A DNA stretch of 64,000 nucleotides from Dudresnaya verticillata (GCA_977862235.1 OZ374557.1:2480001-2544000); one strand, 5' to 3'; counted from the stretch's first letter, positions 27,051 to 40,150 are shown. Numbers and translations: made by a program. The notes: generated by a model from the sequence alone, not told the origin.

Positions 27051-29366
27051 CTACGGCTTTTCCGTCGCAGACGGCCCAGATGGGGCATCATCCCCGACGC
27101 CATTGGTGGATTCTCTTAACGCCTCTTCGTAGAGGTCGTCTTCCGTCACCGACGGTGCGCTCGCAGCAGGGGCAGGGACGGACCGCAAGGGACCCGCCAC
27201 AACCACTGCTTTCGAAGTCGTGACATCCGCCGCTGGCGCCGCATCTGGCTCACAATCCGCCTTAGGCGACGACTGTCCGTCAACCGCCATAGGCGCAACG
27301 TTAGAATCATTATCCGCCTCAGGCGCTACACCGGGAAGCTCACTCGCCTTTGCCGGCGGAGCATCCTCAACCACCTTGGGCGAAGTTGAAGGCCCCGGCA
27401 CCTCCGGTGACGGGACCGCATTAACCGCCAAAGGCGTTGAACGATCCACATCCGTCACCGACGAAGAGGCCACTGGAGCCTGCGGAGCCGCCGTAGCTGC
27501 TGCCACCGCACTCGCCTTTGGCGGACTTTTGTTAAGAACGTCAGTGGACGCAATGGCGGGCAAACCCGCACAACCCGCCTTAGGCGACAAAGGCTTTTTC
27601 GCCACTCCGTCATTAGACGCCGAACCTTCGTCGTTAGACGGCACAATCGCAACGACGGTCGACGCCGTAACCGCAGCAACGCTGGGCTGCAGAGCAGCCA
27701 GCAGCGAGTGCCCGAGGGGCTTCGTGGATGAACCGCCCGACCCGTCAGTGACGACACCGGTGGCTCGCAAGAATGCGAGCACCGTGCGGCGCTGCTCCTC
27801 AGTCCATTCTGGCACTGCAGGAGGGCAATGCGCACCGTCAGCGACGTTAGACACTCCGCCTTGAGGCGTAACTACAGGCGCAGAACTCGCCATGGGCGCA
27901 ACCATGCTGGCATCACCATCACCGTCATTGACGGGCGCCGAGAGATCCAATGGCGCAACCGACGGCAAGCCAACAGGCACAACAGCCGACGGTCCTACCG
28001 CCGCTGGCGAAATCGTCGTGGGAGCTGTCGCTCCCGCAGTAAGCTCAACCGCCATAGGCGTAATGACGTCCGTCCCAGACGGGTTAACCGGTCCGCTGTT
28101 AGCGTGAAACGCGTCCTCCTCCGCCATCAAGGCGCTCAAGTGGGGTGGGAAATCCCCCGCAAAGTCGCAATTCTTGCGCAGCCCACGTGGGTGATTCGCT
28201 GGCGTGAAGCGGTCCGTACGACGATGAGTCTCAGCCATGTTCTCCGTCGTAAGACGTTTGGTCCACGGGTTGTACCACACCCAATCGCCACAGGCGGAAT
28301 GATTTCTACTCATCGCGTAACGCGGACGGTTTGCCTTACGGCGCCTGTTTCCCGGCGGCACAGCAGCCGGGTCGTCCCAGTTGACGTTATCCACCACATG
28401 GCGTAGATCCCAGAACTCTTGGTAGTTCCTGGCACCGCCCAGCGCTTCGGTCAAGTCAAGCCCGCCAAGGAGGCTGACTACGCGTGGCGGCACATAATAG
28501 AGCCGGAAGGTGTCATACACCTCCCACATCCATGCGTAAGTTGCGTTGACGACCCACTCGGTGAAAAACACGATCCAACATCGGGAGTACGGATCCGTCC
28601 GCAACTCGGAGCCAATATACGTGACACACGGAGGCAATTCAGCCGCCAAGCCCTCGCAGACTTCAAAGTCCCGCCACAACGGCGGGACGCGAATGAAGCA
28701 ATGCGGCAACTTTTCCCGCTCAATGCGACCAACTTGCGTATCTTGATACGGCACAAAAACGCCTTTGCGGCGGCGCGTTTCGCACTCCCAACGGACGCAG
28801 CGCTCCCAATAGAAGGTGCCCGTCCTACGCAAGTATCAGAAATCCGCTTTCAAGCGTACACCGAGGAGGTTAGCCTCCTGAAGCACCCGCGGCTCAGCCG
28901 AAACAGCCACATGGCTTAATGACAACGTCCCAAGATGGTCCCCATACCCAACTTCGCCATTTGTGCGGTACTGCCCTGCGTCAAATTCAAAGACGGCGGG
29001 CGTCAATACTGATCCCGGATAGCGGGTAAACCGCCGATACACGTCAACGACGAAACGCGCATGCGCATCTGCACGCGTCTGACCGGCGGCAATACGCAGC
29101 CAACCTCGCGGAATGGCGCACCGATGGCGCCACTCGTTCGTCCACACGACGGCCAGGGGCAACTCCCCTGGCAAACATCCGCTCACAGCGTAATGGGTAA
29201 TGAGTTCCTCGTGTCGCAGGGCCTCCTGGTCGAACCAGGGGGCCCGCGAGAATAAGCGCGCATCGTTGCGGGGAGTCCTCCCAACAAAGTCGAATGGTGA
29301 CGGATACACCGGCGCCGCCGAAGGCGCAGCCACTCGTAGGCCATTGAACTGTGCCATTACGTCCAA
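27051..29366 (-). CDS. Antisense extra ORF inside copy B between pol and the 3' LTR (about 770 codons, one in-frame TGA at 28836-28838)
   Basis: ORFs 28836-29366 and 27051-28832 are in the same frame. Trp/Tyr/Arg-rich N-terminal half and Ala/Pro/Ser-rich tail. Confidence 0.7.
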
Positions 29367-29809
29367 GACGTTGAGTAATCACACGCCACTGGCGGAGTTC
29401 ACACGATACGTCAACGACGGTTCTGGGACTCCGAAGTCGAGTCAACTACGCCAAAGGTGGAAGCACAAAAAACACACGTCAACGACGCTGGACTGAACAA
29501 CGCCGAAGGCGGACCTCAACGAAACGCCCTAGGCGATACGCGCACGCACGCGTGCACAGGTACGACGTCAACGACGGGGTTCCACGCACGCCACTGGCGA
29601 AGTTAGTCAAACGACACGTCTTCGACGTGGATTGTTCCTACGCCAAGGGCGGGGGAAACTGCACGTGCGTTTTTGACGGGCCTCAACCAACGCCAAGGGC
29701 GGGCAAATACGGACGCGCAGGCGCGGGTGACCGACACGATCGGCACTGGAAGACGACGCGGACGCAGGCAGGCGGGCAGGCTGAAGCAAATGGACGTGTT
29801 CGCGTTTTC

Positions 29810-29820
29810 GGAGGGGGTCG
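29810..29820 (+). promoter_or_regulatory. Polypurine tract of copy B
   Basis: GGAGGGGGTCG directly before the 3' LTR. Confidence 0.7.
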
Positions 29821-30734
29821 TGTAGTGCCAGGGGGGATCCCCCATTTTCGCTTTCAAGCGGGTTGATAGGCAGCGTCTACCGACGGACGACCGCCAACGG
29901 CGCGCTCAGCCCGCCCGCGGTGCAAACACGTCACCGACGCATGCCGCTGGCCACTCGGGCCAGAACGGCTCGTTTGGCGTGCAGACCGCACGCCTGAACC
30001 CGGGGCACTGTACGGCGCCACGCGTACGCGCGTGGCGCAGTGGCAGGAACGTTCGCTGTAAGCGTGGCCCGAATCCGGATCCAATCGGAATCCCACATCG
30101 GGACCCGACATCGGGATTAGGAGGTGTAAGGCACGCGCCTGTAAGCTTGGCGCACCCGCATGGCTGGCCCGAATCCGGACTGGATCGGGATTGGTGCGGA
30201 TCGAGATCGCACGCACCATGAGGCGCATGCGGCTGTAAGGAAGTAATCCACGTGTAGGTGTAAGGACTCGAGCGGGGAAGCTACGCGTGATCTGTCAGGA
30301 GCGCGGCTGCATGACGGACGGATCTGTCAGACGCGCCTCGGGACAACACGTGTCCCGAGTTCCCGCGTGACGCGTACGCACGCGTCGCCGCCGCTAGGTA
30401 ATTCTATACTTAGTTGATCCGTCCCAGACGTCACAGTAAACCCCGGCAAGCCGGCCTTGGTCCAGACTTCCCCGTTCAGCACGCGCGTACCCTACCGCTG
30501 CCTACGGCTAAGCGTCTACCTCCCGTGCTTCCACGTCTCTACCCGTCCTTGACGTGTTCCCTTTCTGTTCTCTTTTGTTCTTGTTTTCCGCCTCGGGCGT
30601 TTACAGTCCGCCCAAGGCGAGTCAACCGCTCTACCACCAGTCGCCCACGGCGAGGCTACCTACCGCCACGGGCGTCGCTACCCACCGAGCCCCGAACTGC
30701 TCGGCGGTGTTCCGTCACAGACGTTTGCACTACA
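29821..30734 (+). repeat. 3' LTR of copy B (914 bp)
   Basis: TGTAGTGC...GCACTACA followed by TSD GTTCC. Confidence 0.96.
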
Positions 30735-31537
30735 GTTCCCTCCTGCACCGACCTTCACGGCGTTTCTGCTGTCCCTGAACAGCCGTAAACGGATTACGGG
30801 GACCGGCCCCCGCAATGTAGTGCCATCAACGCTATCTTATGGAGCTCCGTTAAACCCCACAAGTTTACTGCGCCAGTTGGACCGTTATGGAAATTCATGC
30901 AGTACACTGTAGTAGATAGTATTATAACGGGAACAAGCCCTATTTAATGGTCCCCTGAGTAGCACGGCACCCCTGATTGAACCCCACAGGGCGTTTCTCG
31001 GTCTTGACAATTTTCTGGATCCCGGGCGCTTCCCGTTCCCTTTCTGGATGCCAACTACAGGCTCGTCACCGTACGGCAGGTTCCCTGCGGAATACCGGGT
31101 CGCGTCCCCCTTTTTCTTTTCCTTTTTCCTGGCCGAGCGCCATTCTACCAAGCCTCTACCACAAACACAGATTTCTGGGTTTTCAGAATCTGTGTTCCGA
31201 ATCAGTCTGAAAAAAGTTAATGGAATGAAGATTTCTATATCGTGTTAGACTGGGGAGAGGGAGCTGAGAAGAATGGTTAAATCCGTTTTGGGATAGTATG
31301 CACGGTTGCGGAGTTACAGCATGCCGCATATACGGGTAAATGTCCCCAAAACTTTCGTGAAAGTTTCGAAACTTTCGGAATTTCCGAATTAAAATTTATC
31401 CAGAAATTGCACTGCCGCCTGCTGCCCTCCCGGGCGCGCCTGGCAGCGCACCGACGCTCGTGCTTCAGCACGCTTGGCCCCGCCCGCCGCATCCCCGGCC
31501 CGCCCTGATCTGCGACCAAGGGCGCGGTGTCGCCCCG

Positions 31538-31558
31538 CACGACTGGTACTGCTTGGCC
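31538..31558 (+). repeat. Putative 5' terminal inverted repeat CACGACTGGTACTGCTTGGCC
   Basis: Identical 21-mer at 47078-47098. Same-strand identity is expected for the 5' end of a plus copy and the 3' end of a minus copy. Confidence 0.65.
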
Positions 31559-33761
31559 GTCAGGGTAAATCTGGGGTAACCCAGTCGTGCGCGGCCATCA
31601 TTCCACTCCGGGTGCTGGTACCAGTACCACCCCTTCCCATGCCCACAATTCCACCCCGGGTCCTAGACCGGTGCGGCGCACCTCGCTCACCACGTCTACC
31701 GCGCGTGGCATACCAAATTGCGCCTGCACCTTAAGTTCACCATGCCCCTCCCGTACCACCCTCCCGATCGCTCCGCACCCGCAAGAACAGGCGTCTCTTG
31801 CACCCACCACACGCCCGGCACTGCGCCCCCGGCCGCGGAGTCTCGCGCTTCGCATACCGTCGCAGATGAGCTCAACAGCGAGGGAGACCTCTATCCACCG
31901 CTGTATGGTGCGTCCTCCGTGGATGTGGCCCGCGAATCACGAGAAGAAGAAGACGACCAGCCAGATGACGATAGCGATGGACTGCAGATATTTGTTTCCC
32001 ATTTTGTCCCGTGGCGCGACTCCATGGTCTAGGTCAGTGCAAACGCGCACGGATAGTCCTTACAAGAGCTGCAGAGTGACTTCTATGCTGCCGCTGACTC
32101 AACATCCACGTACACACTTAAAGTGTAGGATGCCGTGGCAATGCAGAACGCTACGTCTTGGCTGTTTAATCTGATGGACCGCACTGGTGCTGGCTACGGC
32201 ATACGGGGTGATGTTGTGCGTTTACGCCCCGTTTATCTGAGCAGTTGCGGATGTCGCGGTTGCAGGGCTTGTGTTTCATGAGCTTGTGCCATAGCTAGCA
32301 GAGTGGGCTGCAGAAGCAGAGGCGCCAGTAGACTTGCAGGAATCCAAACAGAAAGGCCCTCACTTTGAGAGGGCTACGTAACTGGAACTTGCGAGATGTT
32401 AACGAGGAAGCGCAGCCAAGCCGTTGCAGAGGGCTTACGTCGACTACGACCTTTTGCATGCATGGTCAGTGCCAATGGTGATGCTGCATCACCTGCATGT
32501 AGAGATGCGGGCTGTGACATCGACAGCTTTCCCGTTGCTACAATGGTGACTTCTCGGTCAGCGGCCTGACAGACAACGGGGCTCCCCGTATGACCTTTAT
32601 CCACCAGCTGTTGTGCTGCGGTATAAGATCTGACACACATTCTTTCTCGCTGTTCAAGACAACTACCACTAACAAGAAGATGCCTGGCTCAACTTACAAC
32701 AGCAGCTGGGTATCGACCCGGGTGAAAGTCTGGTCAATTCGCAAGATGCGTTGGATCTCAGAGCTGTGTTTCATACCTTGGGAAAGCTGTACCTCAGCCA
32801 GAGGTATCATATTTTATTTCCAGCTGTTGGCAGGAATCGTTAGTTTGTGAGGTCTGTGGCTGTCGCAGCTGTGTCCACGACAGAGATATCTTTCATGATG
32901 CGTGAATGCTTGTTCGCGATACGTCTACTGTCTGAGAGGGAGGTAGCCGTTGATGGGTTATCTGATCTTCGTAAGGAAGAGAACTCGGAAGCTGGCTCAA
33001 CATATGGAAATGGTCGGCAAGGGCGTAAAGCAGATATCGGGCAAGACCCAACCCTATCGCAACAAGTGTGTAAGCTTATGCGGCAATTCACAGCGAGGCA
33101 GAAGCCCCTTTTGTGCTGCTGTGTCCAAGTCAGAGAGAAGTATAATTGCAACATTTGGGTTCATCTTACGGGGTAAATCGTAGCAGCCCACAAACTTCAA
33201 CTTCAGTTGGGCTTTGGTGTCTTGCGTCAAATGATGCCCTCGTTACATCCACAGCAGACTCAAGTGTCTGAGCGTAGCGTCACTTCAGATACTGCAGCCG
33301 AAACCGACACGTTTGGTCGAGAAACATCAGAGATTCGTTTGCTTAACTACGTGCGTGACACACGGGCCCATTTCGGAACGATTCATCTCTACCACTTCTG
33401 GCAGTCTCGGCATATGCAAACATTGTCTGCCGTCAATCGTTGAGGAGGGTAAGAATGAAATGGGTATGAACCCGCTGCTCATCTTGAATAAAAGTCGTGG
33501 TGTTATGCGGGCAGGCCGCATTTTGTCTTCAATACAGTAATAGGCGCTGTTTTGTTGTTCTTCTTATTGATGGCCTTTAAGCACTTCCTACCCCTACGAG
33601 TCAGGGATTGCAATATTGTCACCATTTCCATCCCGTTGCGGATAGAATCACGACTGAAGACAAGCGGGAAGTGCGTTCATCAAAGAGTTCATCAGTCTCA
33701 GTAAATTTAATCAACCCCGTTTTCTACTCTATATATTCATTGCTATCACTTGACATTCTCA

Positions 33762-34133
33762 CTACACTATTAACTCCTCTTCATATTCGCTGCTTAAGGG
33801 GTTCGTGCAGCTCCACAGCTCCGCGCACACCGAGCGCACAGCTCTGGCGACAGCCGTCCTAACCGCCGTCGCTTCCCGCCTCAAGTGGCGGTAGCAGTGC
33901 ATGAGGAATTCGAATTCCTCCATGCACTCGCGGGCCTCCCTTAAACAGTCCTTCACGATGTCGCGCTGGGGGCGCACATCGATTCGAAGTAGTACCGCTT
34001 GTTCGTATGCTTGTCGGATTGCGTTGCGGGTCATGGTAGGTGTTCGCTGTACAGGGGGATGCAGGTCGACTTCCATCTCTGTGGACTGTGGACTGTCGCA
34101 GAAACAGCCGGTCACCTGGTGGAGTTGGAACAA
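33762..34133 (-). CDS. Small helical orphan ORF of the element (left copy)
   Basis: Open in both arms (mate 62622-62999 +) despite substitutions and an in-frame indel. Confidence 0.4.
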   Translation of the reverse strand: MFQLHQVTGCFCDSPQSTEMEVDLHPPVQRTPTMTRNAIRQAYEQAVLLRIDVRPQRDIVKDCLREARECMEEFEFLMHCYRHLRREATAVRTAVARAVRSVCAELWSCTNPLSSEYEEELIV

Positions 34134-34264
34134 GTATCTCAGCAGGGGTTGGGCGCGTCAAGTCAAGAGATAAATTTCGACAGTAATGGAAATCCTTTAA
34201 TGCTCATCTACATGGAAAAGTCCAAGTCCTGTTATTCGCTGTGACGTTCGCAAAAGGCAAAGTG

Positions 34265-35437
34265 TCATGGCATCAATGACTCGATCTGTGCACCTGGCAC
34301 GATACGTTGCATTTGTTGGACCTCGTCTCGAAGTATTTTGGAATGCTCGTATGTCACGCGGATGTCGTCACAGTTTATTTCTGGGGATGAAGGTACCTGT
34401 TGCTGGGTAAAAGTTGGACAATGCAGTGCCAGCGGTTTTCTTGCAGCCTTTAAGATCTGGGAAGAGGAAAAGAACCCCTGATCTCTCAAAGCAAGGAAAC
34501 CACAGACTACCCAATCGTTACTACTTTTTTCTTGGTGGTAGTAGTAGTACTGCTGTTAATACCTTCACGGAGCGCCTCATTCGTACATTCGAGTCAAATT
34601 GTTGACCTGAACTGTGAGATGCCTGACTTGCAGCAACCGCATCTCCCTTGCGGTGTTTTCATTCATCTCTACATATCTGGTCTTGAGTAATAGACGGCAG
34701 AACCGGTCCAAATGAAAAACCTCTTCTCCAGCCCCGTGGACTGTCTCAGATATATAAGATTCCAGTAACAGAGCATTTTCCCCTGCATAGCTTCCCTCCT
34801 TCACCAATCGGACTTTTCGGCGTAGTAGGCGATACAATTCGCTAAGACTCCTTGTCTCGTGTCAGTGGTTTCGCGCTTCAGCGTGCGACAGATTCTGGCA
34901 GAAACGTTGAAAAGCTTCACTGTCCCTGCCCTCGACCAGTTCGATGCCTGGTTCACTCAAATCTTCGTGAGCCCACTGCCTCGACGTTCGGGCCATCGTC
35001 ATGGACAAACTCCCGTCAAGTGTTTTGAACATGGCATCAAGGCGATCCTGAATTGACTCATCCTGGCATTTTCCATCGAATGGTGCCCCGTCGAGATCCA
35101 CGCTAACAATAGACATGGTTGGTGAAAGGTTTGGTTGCATAGACGAGGAGCGCTTTGTGCAACATGCAACAGTATCCTTGCTGTAGCAACTATATTTTAT
35201 ATGACCAGTAAATCCATGTTCACGATTTTTCTGCACAAGAATGTTACAGTTAGAACGAAGAGCAAACTGACCCCAAAAGTTCCGATGTTGTATTGGTGGG
35301 AAGTGCTCTGTGTCTGACGCACATGTTATTATAGTATTATGGATGTTGTTGGATGACGAACACGAGTTAGAAAATAGAATACTAAGCGCAGTTACGCCAC
35401 TGTACGGTTTTAACGGAGCAGGGTCTCTTAGGGACAT
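34265..35437 (-). pseudogene. Degenerate orphan coding region (mate 61317-62490 +)
   Basis: Chain of same-strand ORF fragments with different breaks in the two arms; no domain recognised. Confidence 0.35.
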
Positions 35438-35943
35438 ATAGGGGTCGAAACGCTTGACCGTATTAATGTTATGCCTGTACGGTTCCTATTGAACACCATG
35501 GCCATGGATGGCGCTGAGGCCCTCGCGAATTATTGTTATAGCAGGGAGTGTCTGCTGAATCATCAAGGGTCGTTCCGGGTTTATCTGCCCAGCTCAATAC
35601 CACGCGTAAATTATGAGGTCACCTGACTAATGACGTAATATACTAATCAAACTGTTACGAAGACGACGGAAATTGATCCACAATACGACGATGCTAGTAC
35701 AGAAACTGATCCCGTCACCCTGCTGTAATCCGTCAGAGGATCCTGAGACTGTCGTCCGAGTAGTAGACGTACTCGTCCCCATCAAACAAAATTGTCCTAC
35801 ACTGTTCCGTATGATGAACGCAGTCGTTCTATTACAGGAGCAGTGAAATAATGAATGTGATAGTAGTCACAAATGGTTAGGTTGTACACTCCCACTATTA
35901 GGACACAGGAAATAGAACTTTATCAAACTGTTGGCTAACGCCA

Positions 35944-36708
35944 TCACTCCAATGCTTCTTTCAGGTCTTGCATCCTTTTCTTCAAGAATGGCACATGAAC
36001 GCAGCACCCGGTGCTACGTCTAATCAGGTTCGCTAGGCGCCGCGGATTTTCCTCGGACTTATCTTCCTCACCATCCATACATCCGCAGTGAGGGCCCTTC
36101 CATAGGTCCAGCAGAGTCAGCCTTTCTATCCTCCGCCGATCATAAAATTTCTTTCCTTTGCAATTGAACTTATAGTTTCCGTCGAAGTACTGCTGAGAGA
36201 CGGAGAAGTCCGCACTTTCAATTCCGCCGACGCCGTACACCCTTTCATGAAACGCTTTGAAAATAGACGTGTCATAGAGACGTATTCCTAGCTCTTCCAA
36301 CCCGACGATACGCATCTGACGCTGCCTTGCCCGACTGACTATACATACAAACCTCTCCTCTCCCATACGCTCGACTGCCTCGTTTAAGCTCTCTCCTCCC
36401 GAGTTCTTAAAATCGTGTAGGTTCAGGGTCTCGCCTTGTAAGTTGTCGACTTCTTCTCTCCCTCCAGAAGTGTTGTGCGACGACATTTTTAACAGTAGTA
36501 CTCCACGGAATAGGTGCAACCTCTGGGCATTCGCTAGAATGAGTACGGGTGGCTGTGAAGCGCCTGGTTTCGAGATTCCAGCGCTCATGTGTGTGTTTGT
36601 ATGCGTGTGTTGTGCACAAAAGGGCGGAGAGTCCGACTTTAAGGGTACAGGCATTTCTGCACAAATGTACAGAGAGGCATCAAGATACGCAGTGTCACCA
36701 ATTGTCAC
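35944..36708 (-). CDS. Orphan ORF divergent from the methyltransferase (left copy; likely start near MSAGIS or MSSHN)
   Basis: Over 210 codons open in both arms (mate 59938-60810 +), with ordinary globular composition. Confidence 0.55.
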   Translation of the reverse strand: MTIGDTAYLDASLYICAEMPVPLKSDSPPFCAQHTHTNTHMSAGISKPGASQPPVLILANAQRLHLFRGVLLLKMSSHNTSGGREEVDNLQGETLNLHDFKNSGGESLNEAVERMGEERFVCIVSRARQRQMRIVGLEELGIRLYDTSIFKAFHERVYGVGGIESADFSVSQQYFDGNYKFNCKGKKFYDRRRIERLTLLDLWKGPHCGCMDGEEDKSEENPRRLANLIRRSTGCCVHVPFLKKRMQDLKEALE

Positions 36709-37239
36709 CCGAAACAGTTTCGGTTGGTGTCGAGTTGGCGCCTACGCGTGGTTTAATCTTGAGTGTGGATAGGAGCTGAATCCAAATTGATATACCTATA
36801 CAATCGTATAACCTGCGACTCGCAACCGTGCGCATGATTTGGTCGTGAATATCTCGCAGCCTGTTTTTCGGGTAGCATAGGACTACTGTACGGACTGCAG
36901 CCCGGATCTTTCTTGTACTGCAGACCCCTCATAGTAGTCACATCCTGGTCGGATTTCGCAGTCCTGAGACTGGAGAGTTTAGTACCGAGACTGCAGCATG
37001 TATCTGTCCACGATTGGTATGAGCGGAATCCATGCACAAGCGGATGAAGTCAATGACAGCGGCTGAGTCACATGGTTTTCATTTAATGCAAATTCTTTCT
37101 CTCATGCAGTGGGAAACGTTGTACATGCATGTATGGAGCAAGGGTGGAAAGCTGTGTCCGACAGAGGCAGTAGTCAGAATTCATTCAGACATCCCATCCA
37201 GAACGTCGGGTTACCGGTGCACACGATAGCCTGAGGAAT

Positions 37240-40150
37240 ATGCCATCGAAAAAGAAGAAGGGAGTGGCGGTGAGGTCTGTATCCATCACAGGACAGACCT
37301 CATCAGACATAAGAGCGCCTGTATAATCTGGGAATGATAGAGTTCTGTTCGGAGATGTCGTTTATGGAGCTACGCACAAGCGAGTCGACCCTCGTTCATG
37401 TGTCCCGTTGACCTACGTCCGCCCGATCTGCAGGTCGGGCGTCGAGCGATTGAAGCGCATTTTCCGGGGGCCTGACCGGTACAGTTCAGGGACATTGAAG
37501 TCTTCCGGGGAAGGAGCTCCGGACTCTATCGGTTACGTGGCTGGAAGTGATATTCCTGTCATTGTGCCATTGACAGGGGCATTGAGAAGCCGTGTGTCCG
37601 ATTATTTCGGGTCACAAACAAGGAAGGACTGTACGCGTCGTTCCGAGAAAGAAGTTCAGGACATTGTGAAATCGAGGGGGAAATGTTACGGAGTAGTTCA
37701 TGGCATGCATAGATTGGCAGCTATTCGTGAGCTGCTTGAAGAAAACTACAACCGGTGGAAAACCTTTGACTGGCCCGTGCCGGAGCTGAACCCGCGGACC
37801 GACCTGGTGGTCCTGAAGCAATTCGCTAGACATCAGAATCGTAAGCGCGAGGCAAACTGCTTCGTGGAAACTACCCTGTATAACACATTGAAGGGTCTGA
37901 AAGATGAGGCTGATCGCCTTCAAGCGGAGGGAAATGGTATCAATCCGACAGCAAAAGCGGTTGCGTCCGCTTACGATGGGGGTGTTCATATGCACGAGAA
38001 CACAGTGAGGCAGACAGCGCAAGTAGCTCTCCGACTAAGTCATCGTGTCATCGATGCGATAGGGGAGATAATGGGGGAAGAAATACCGCAGCTTGCATTG
38101 GATTCACGAAGTGGAAGAACTGCTAAATCAGTAGCAGACGATGCCCTGATGTCGGCAATGTCGTCAATGACGCCGGGTTTTCCGGACGTTTATTACTCTG
38201 AACTCACTGAAGGCTGCCACAGAGTTCATGCGCGCGGGCCAAATGAGTGGCCTGGTGCATGATGAGAGTGTGGAAGTCCAAGTCTCGACACTCTATCGCA
38301 TTCGAGAAATATGCAGGAGGAACGGGTTCAGGCCCGTTCTTTACGGGGTCACCGAATCAGAGTTCGGGAAGGCTAAAGATGCGCTAGCAGAGGTTCGCAA
38401 ATTCGAAGGCCTTCGTGAATCTGGGGACTGTCCGGGTCCCATGGACACAATGCGGACAAATGTTCTGCGATCCCAAACGTTTGATGGCGATATCATGCTC
38501 AACAGGGGCAACGACACATTGATTTTGAAATGCATTCGGGATATGTGCAAGGACTGTTGTCCGGAAGAAGCACCCCTGAAGATTCACAAGTACCATTCTG
38601 TTAGAGAAAGGAACAGAAAGGAGTGCGATGAAGAGAAAAATTTGGACCGGGAGTGTGTGAATGAGATTACGACTGGAGTGCAAGATTAAGGGGGGGTCAA
38701 TTCCGATCAGGTAACAACTGCTGGAAACAAGGACCATCCCTCTGACGGACAGATCGAACACGATGACGTTCCCTCTCCTTCTGTGAACGTAGATTCGCTA
38801 CCTTGCAGTCGAGACCTCGGTTCTACCGGAGACCATCACAATCATGATGCAGGAGATGTGCAGGGATCGGCTATAAAATCTACTGTGACGGTGAGCACGG
38901 AAAAGTCGGAGAGGCTGGCTGTACGTGGGACAAGAACGGACCTGACGACCATTTGCAAGCTGATATCTTGAAGGCGTATAGAATAACCTGCCATCAGATG
39001 CGGTGGCAGGTATACAATAAGAATATTCGCGAGGGTGTTGGTGACCTATGCGACATAGTTTTTACCGACACACCGTATGGAACGCCTGCATCACAGTCTG
39101 ATGCAGGGAAACAGTACGTCAACTATATGAGTGATTCTGAAATATCCGAGCTTGCAGGAATGTGCAGGGAATCCGTTGTACCGGGAGGGTGGGTGTTCAT
39201 GTTCGTGTCCTACCAGACATTCGAACCTATAAGGCAGGCTCTTCTGAAGGCCGGTTTCACTTGCCCAACGTACGCCTTTTCGATTGCAAAGGATACACAC
39301 ATGGTGCAGGAGAGGCGAGGAAATGACTGTCCCCAAAATGGCCACGAAATTGCCGTAATGGGAAGAGCCCCAGGACAACACCCAGCGGATTTAAAGTGGA
39401 TCTTCGAAGCCCATATCAATTAGCGAAGGCTTCGGAAAAGAGAAAGTTTGCGTGCATATCTCAAATTCCCGTTTCTAAGAAGAAACGCCTTAAACCGGGT
39501 ACAAAATCACCGGTGCTTACTGAGGAGAAGAATGTTCAGCTGTTGGTGGAATTGTTGACGACCTTCTGCCCTGATGGGGGGCCATTTTGGACATGTATGC
39601 TGGAATGATGACAGCTGCAATTGCAGCCGTGCAGACTGGTAGGAAATGCACCTGTATAGAGCAAAGCCTACAGACATACAGGCTTGCAGTTGCACGCCTG
39701 AAAAGGATAGCAAGTGATCATCGCAAGTTGTCGGAAGGAATGGAAGGAACACCACTGTGCCATGGTACAGCGGAAGAGGCCCTGGGAGAGGACCAGGGAG
39801 CGGATGTGGAAAACCCGCAACAGAAACGGCTCAGGAATGAGGCGAAGAAAACTTCGGATTGTACTACTGGCGGCGATGCAGTTGTTCTATACGTTGGGAA
39901 GAACGCTGTTGGGAAGACAAAAGTCCAATTCGGGGCAAGTTCTGATGAAAACGTTCGCAAGCAGATTCATCTGAAACCCCTGTCAGAATACGAAAAGCCA
40001 GGACAGGAACTCATTGCGGTGTACGCCTTCGAATGTGATTCATCCTTTGCCACCTCAGCATATCCGTATAACTTTCATGTCCCGAACGGCCATCCTTCCA
40101 CGATTCTAAGTGAGCTAGACGGATTTTTTGCATGGGTATCCATCCGATGA
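37240..40150 (+). pseudogene. ParB-like domain fused to beta-class N6A/N4C DNA methyltransferase (left copy, disrupted)
   Basis: MPSKKKKG start; YGVVHGMHRLAAI; DIVFTDTPYG (motif IV); EKNVQLLVELL..FCPDGG/LDMYAGMMTAAIAAVQTGRKCTCIE (motif I region). Confidence 0.8.

Larger units (their letters stand above)
17495..30734 (+). mobile_element. Full-length Ty3/Gypsy chromodomain LTR retrotransposon, copy B (13,240 bp)
   Basis: TGTAGTGC...GCACTACA termini; 5-bp TSD GTTCC at 17490-17494 and 30735-30739; two LTRs, PBS, PPT, gag and pol. Confidence 0.97.

Noticed and set aside
27051..29366. env gene
   Set aside because: Antisense orientation, with no evident signal peptide or transmembrane segment.
1..30734. 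Many short overlapping ORFs in the six-frame track
   Set aside because: Shadow frames of GC-rich gag/pol/LTR sequence; they recur only because the element is duplicated.
31340..31410. Palindromic AT-rich stretch as the true element end
   Set aside because: No matching sequence found at the other copy's end; the 21-mer at 31538 has one.
37240..40150. Bacterial contaminant or restriction-modification system
   Set aside because: Embedded among eukaryotic TEs and an intron-containing fragment; NLS-like start; no restriction endonuclease, ParA or operon context seen.
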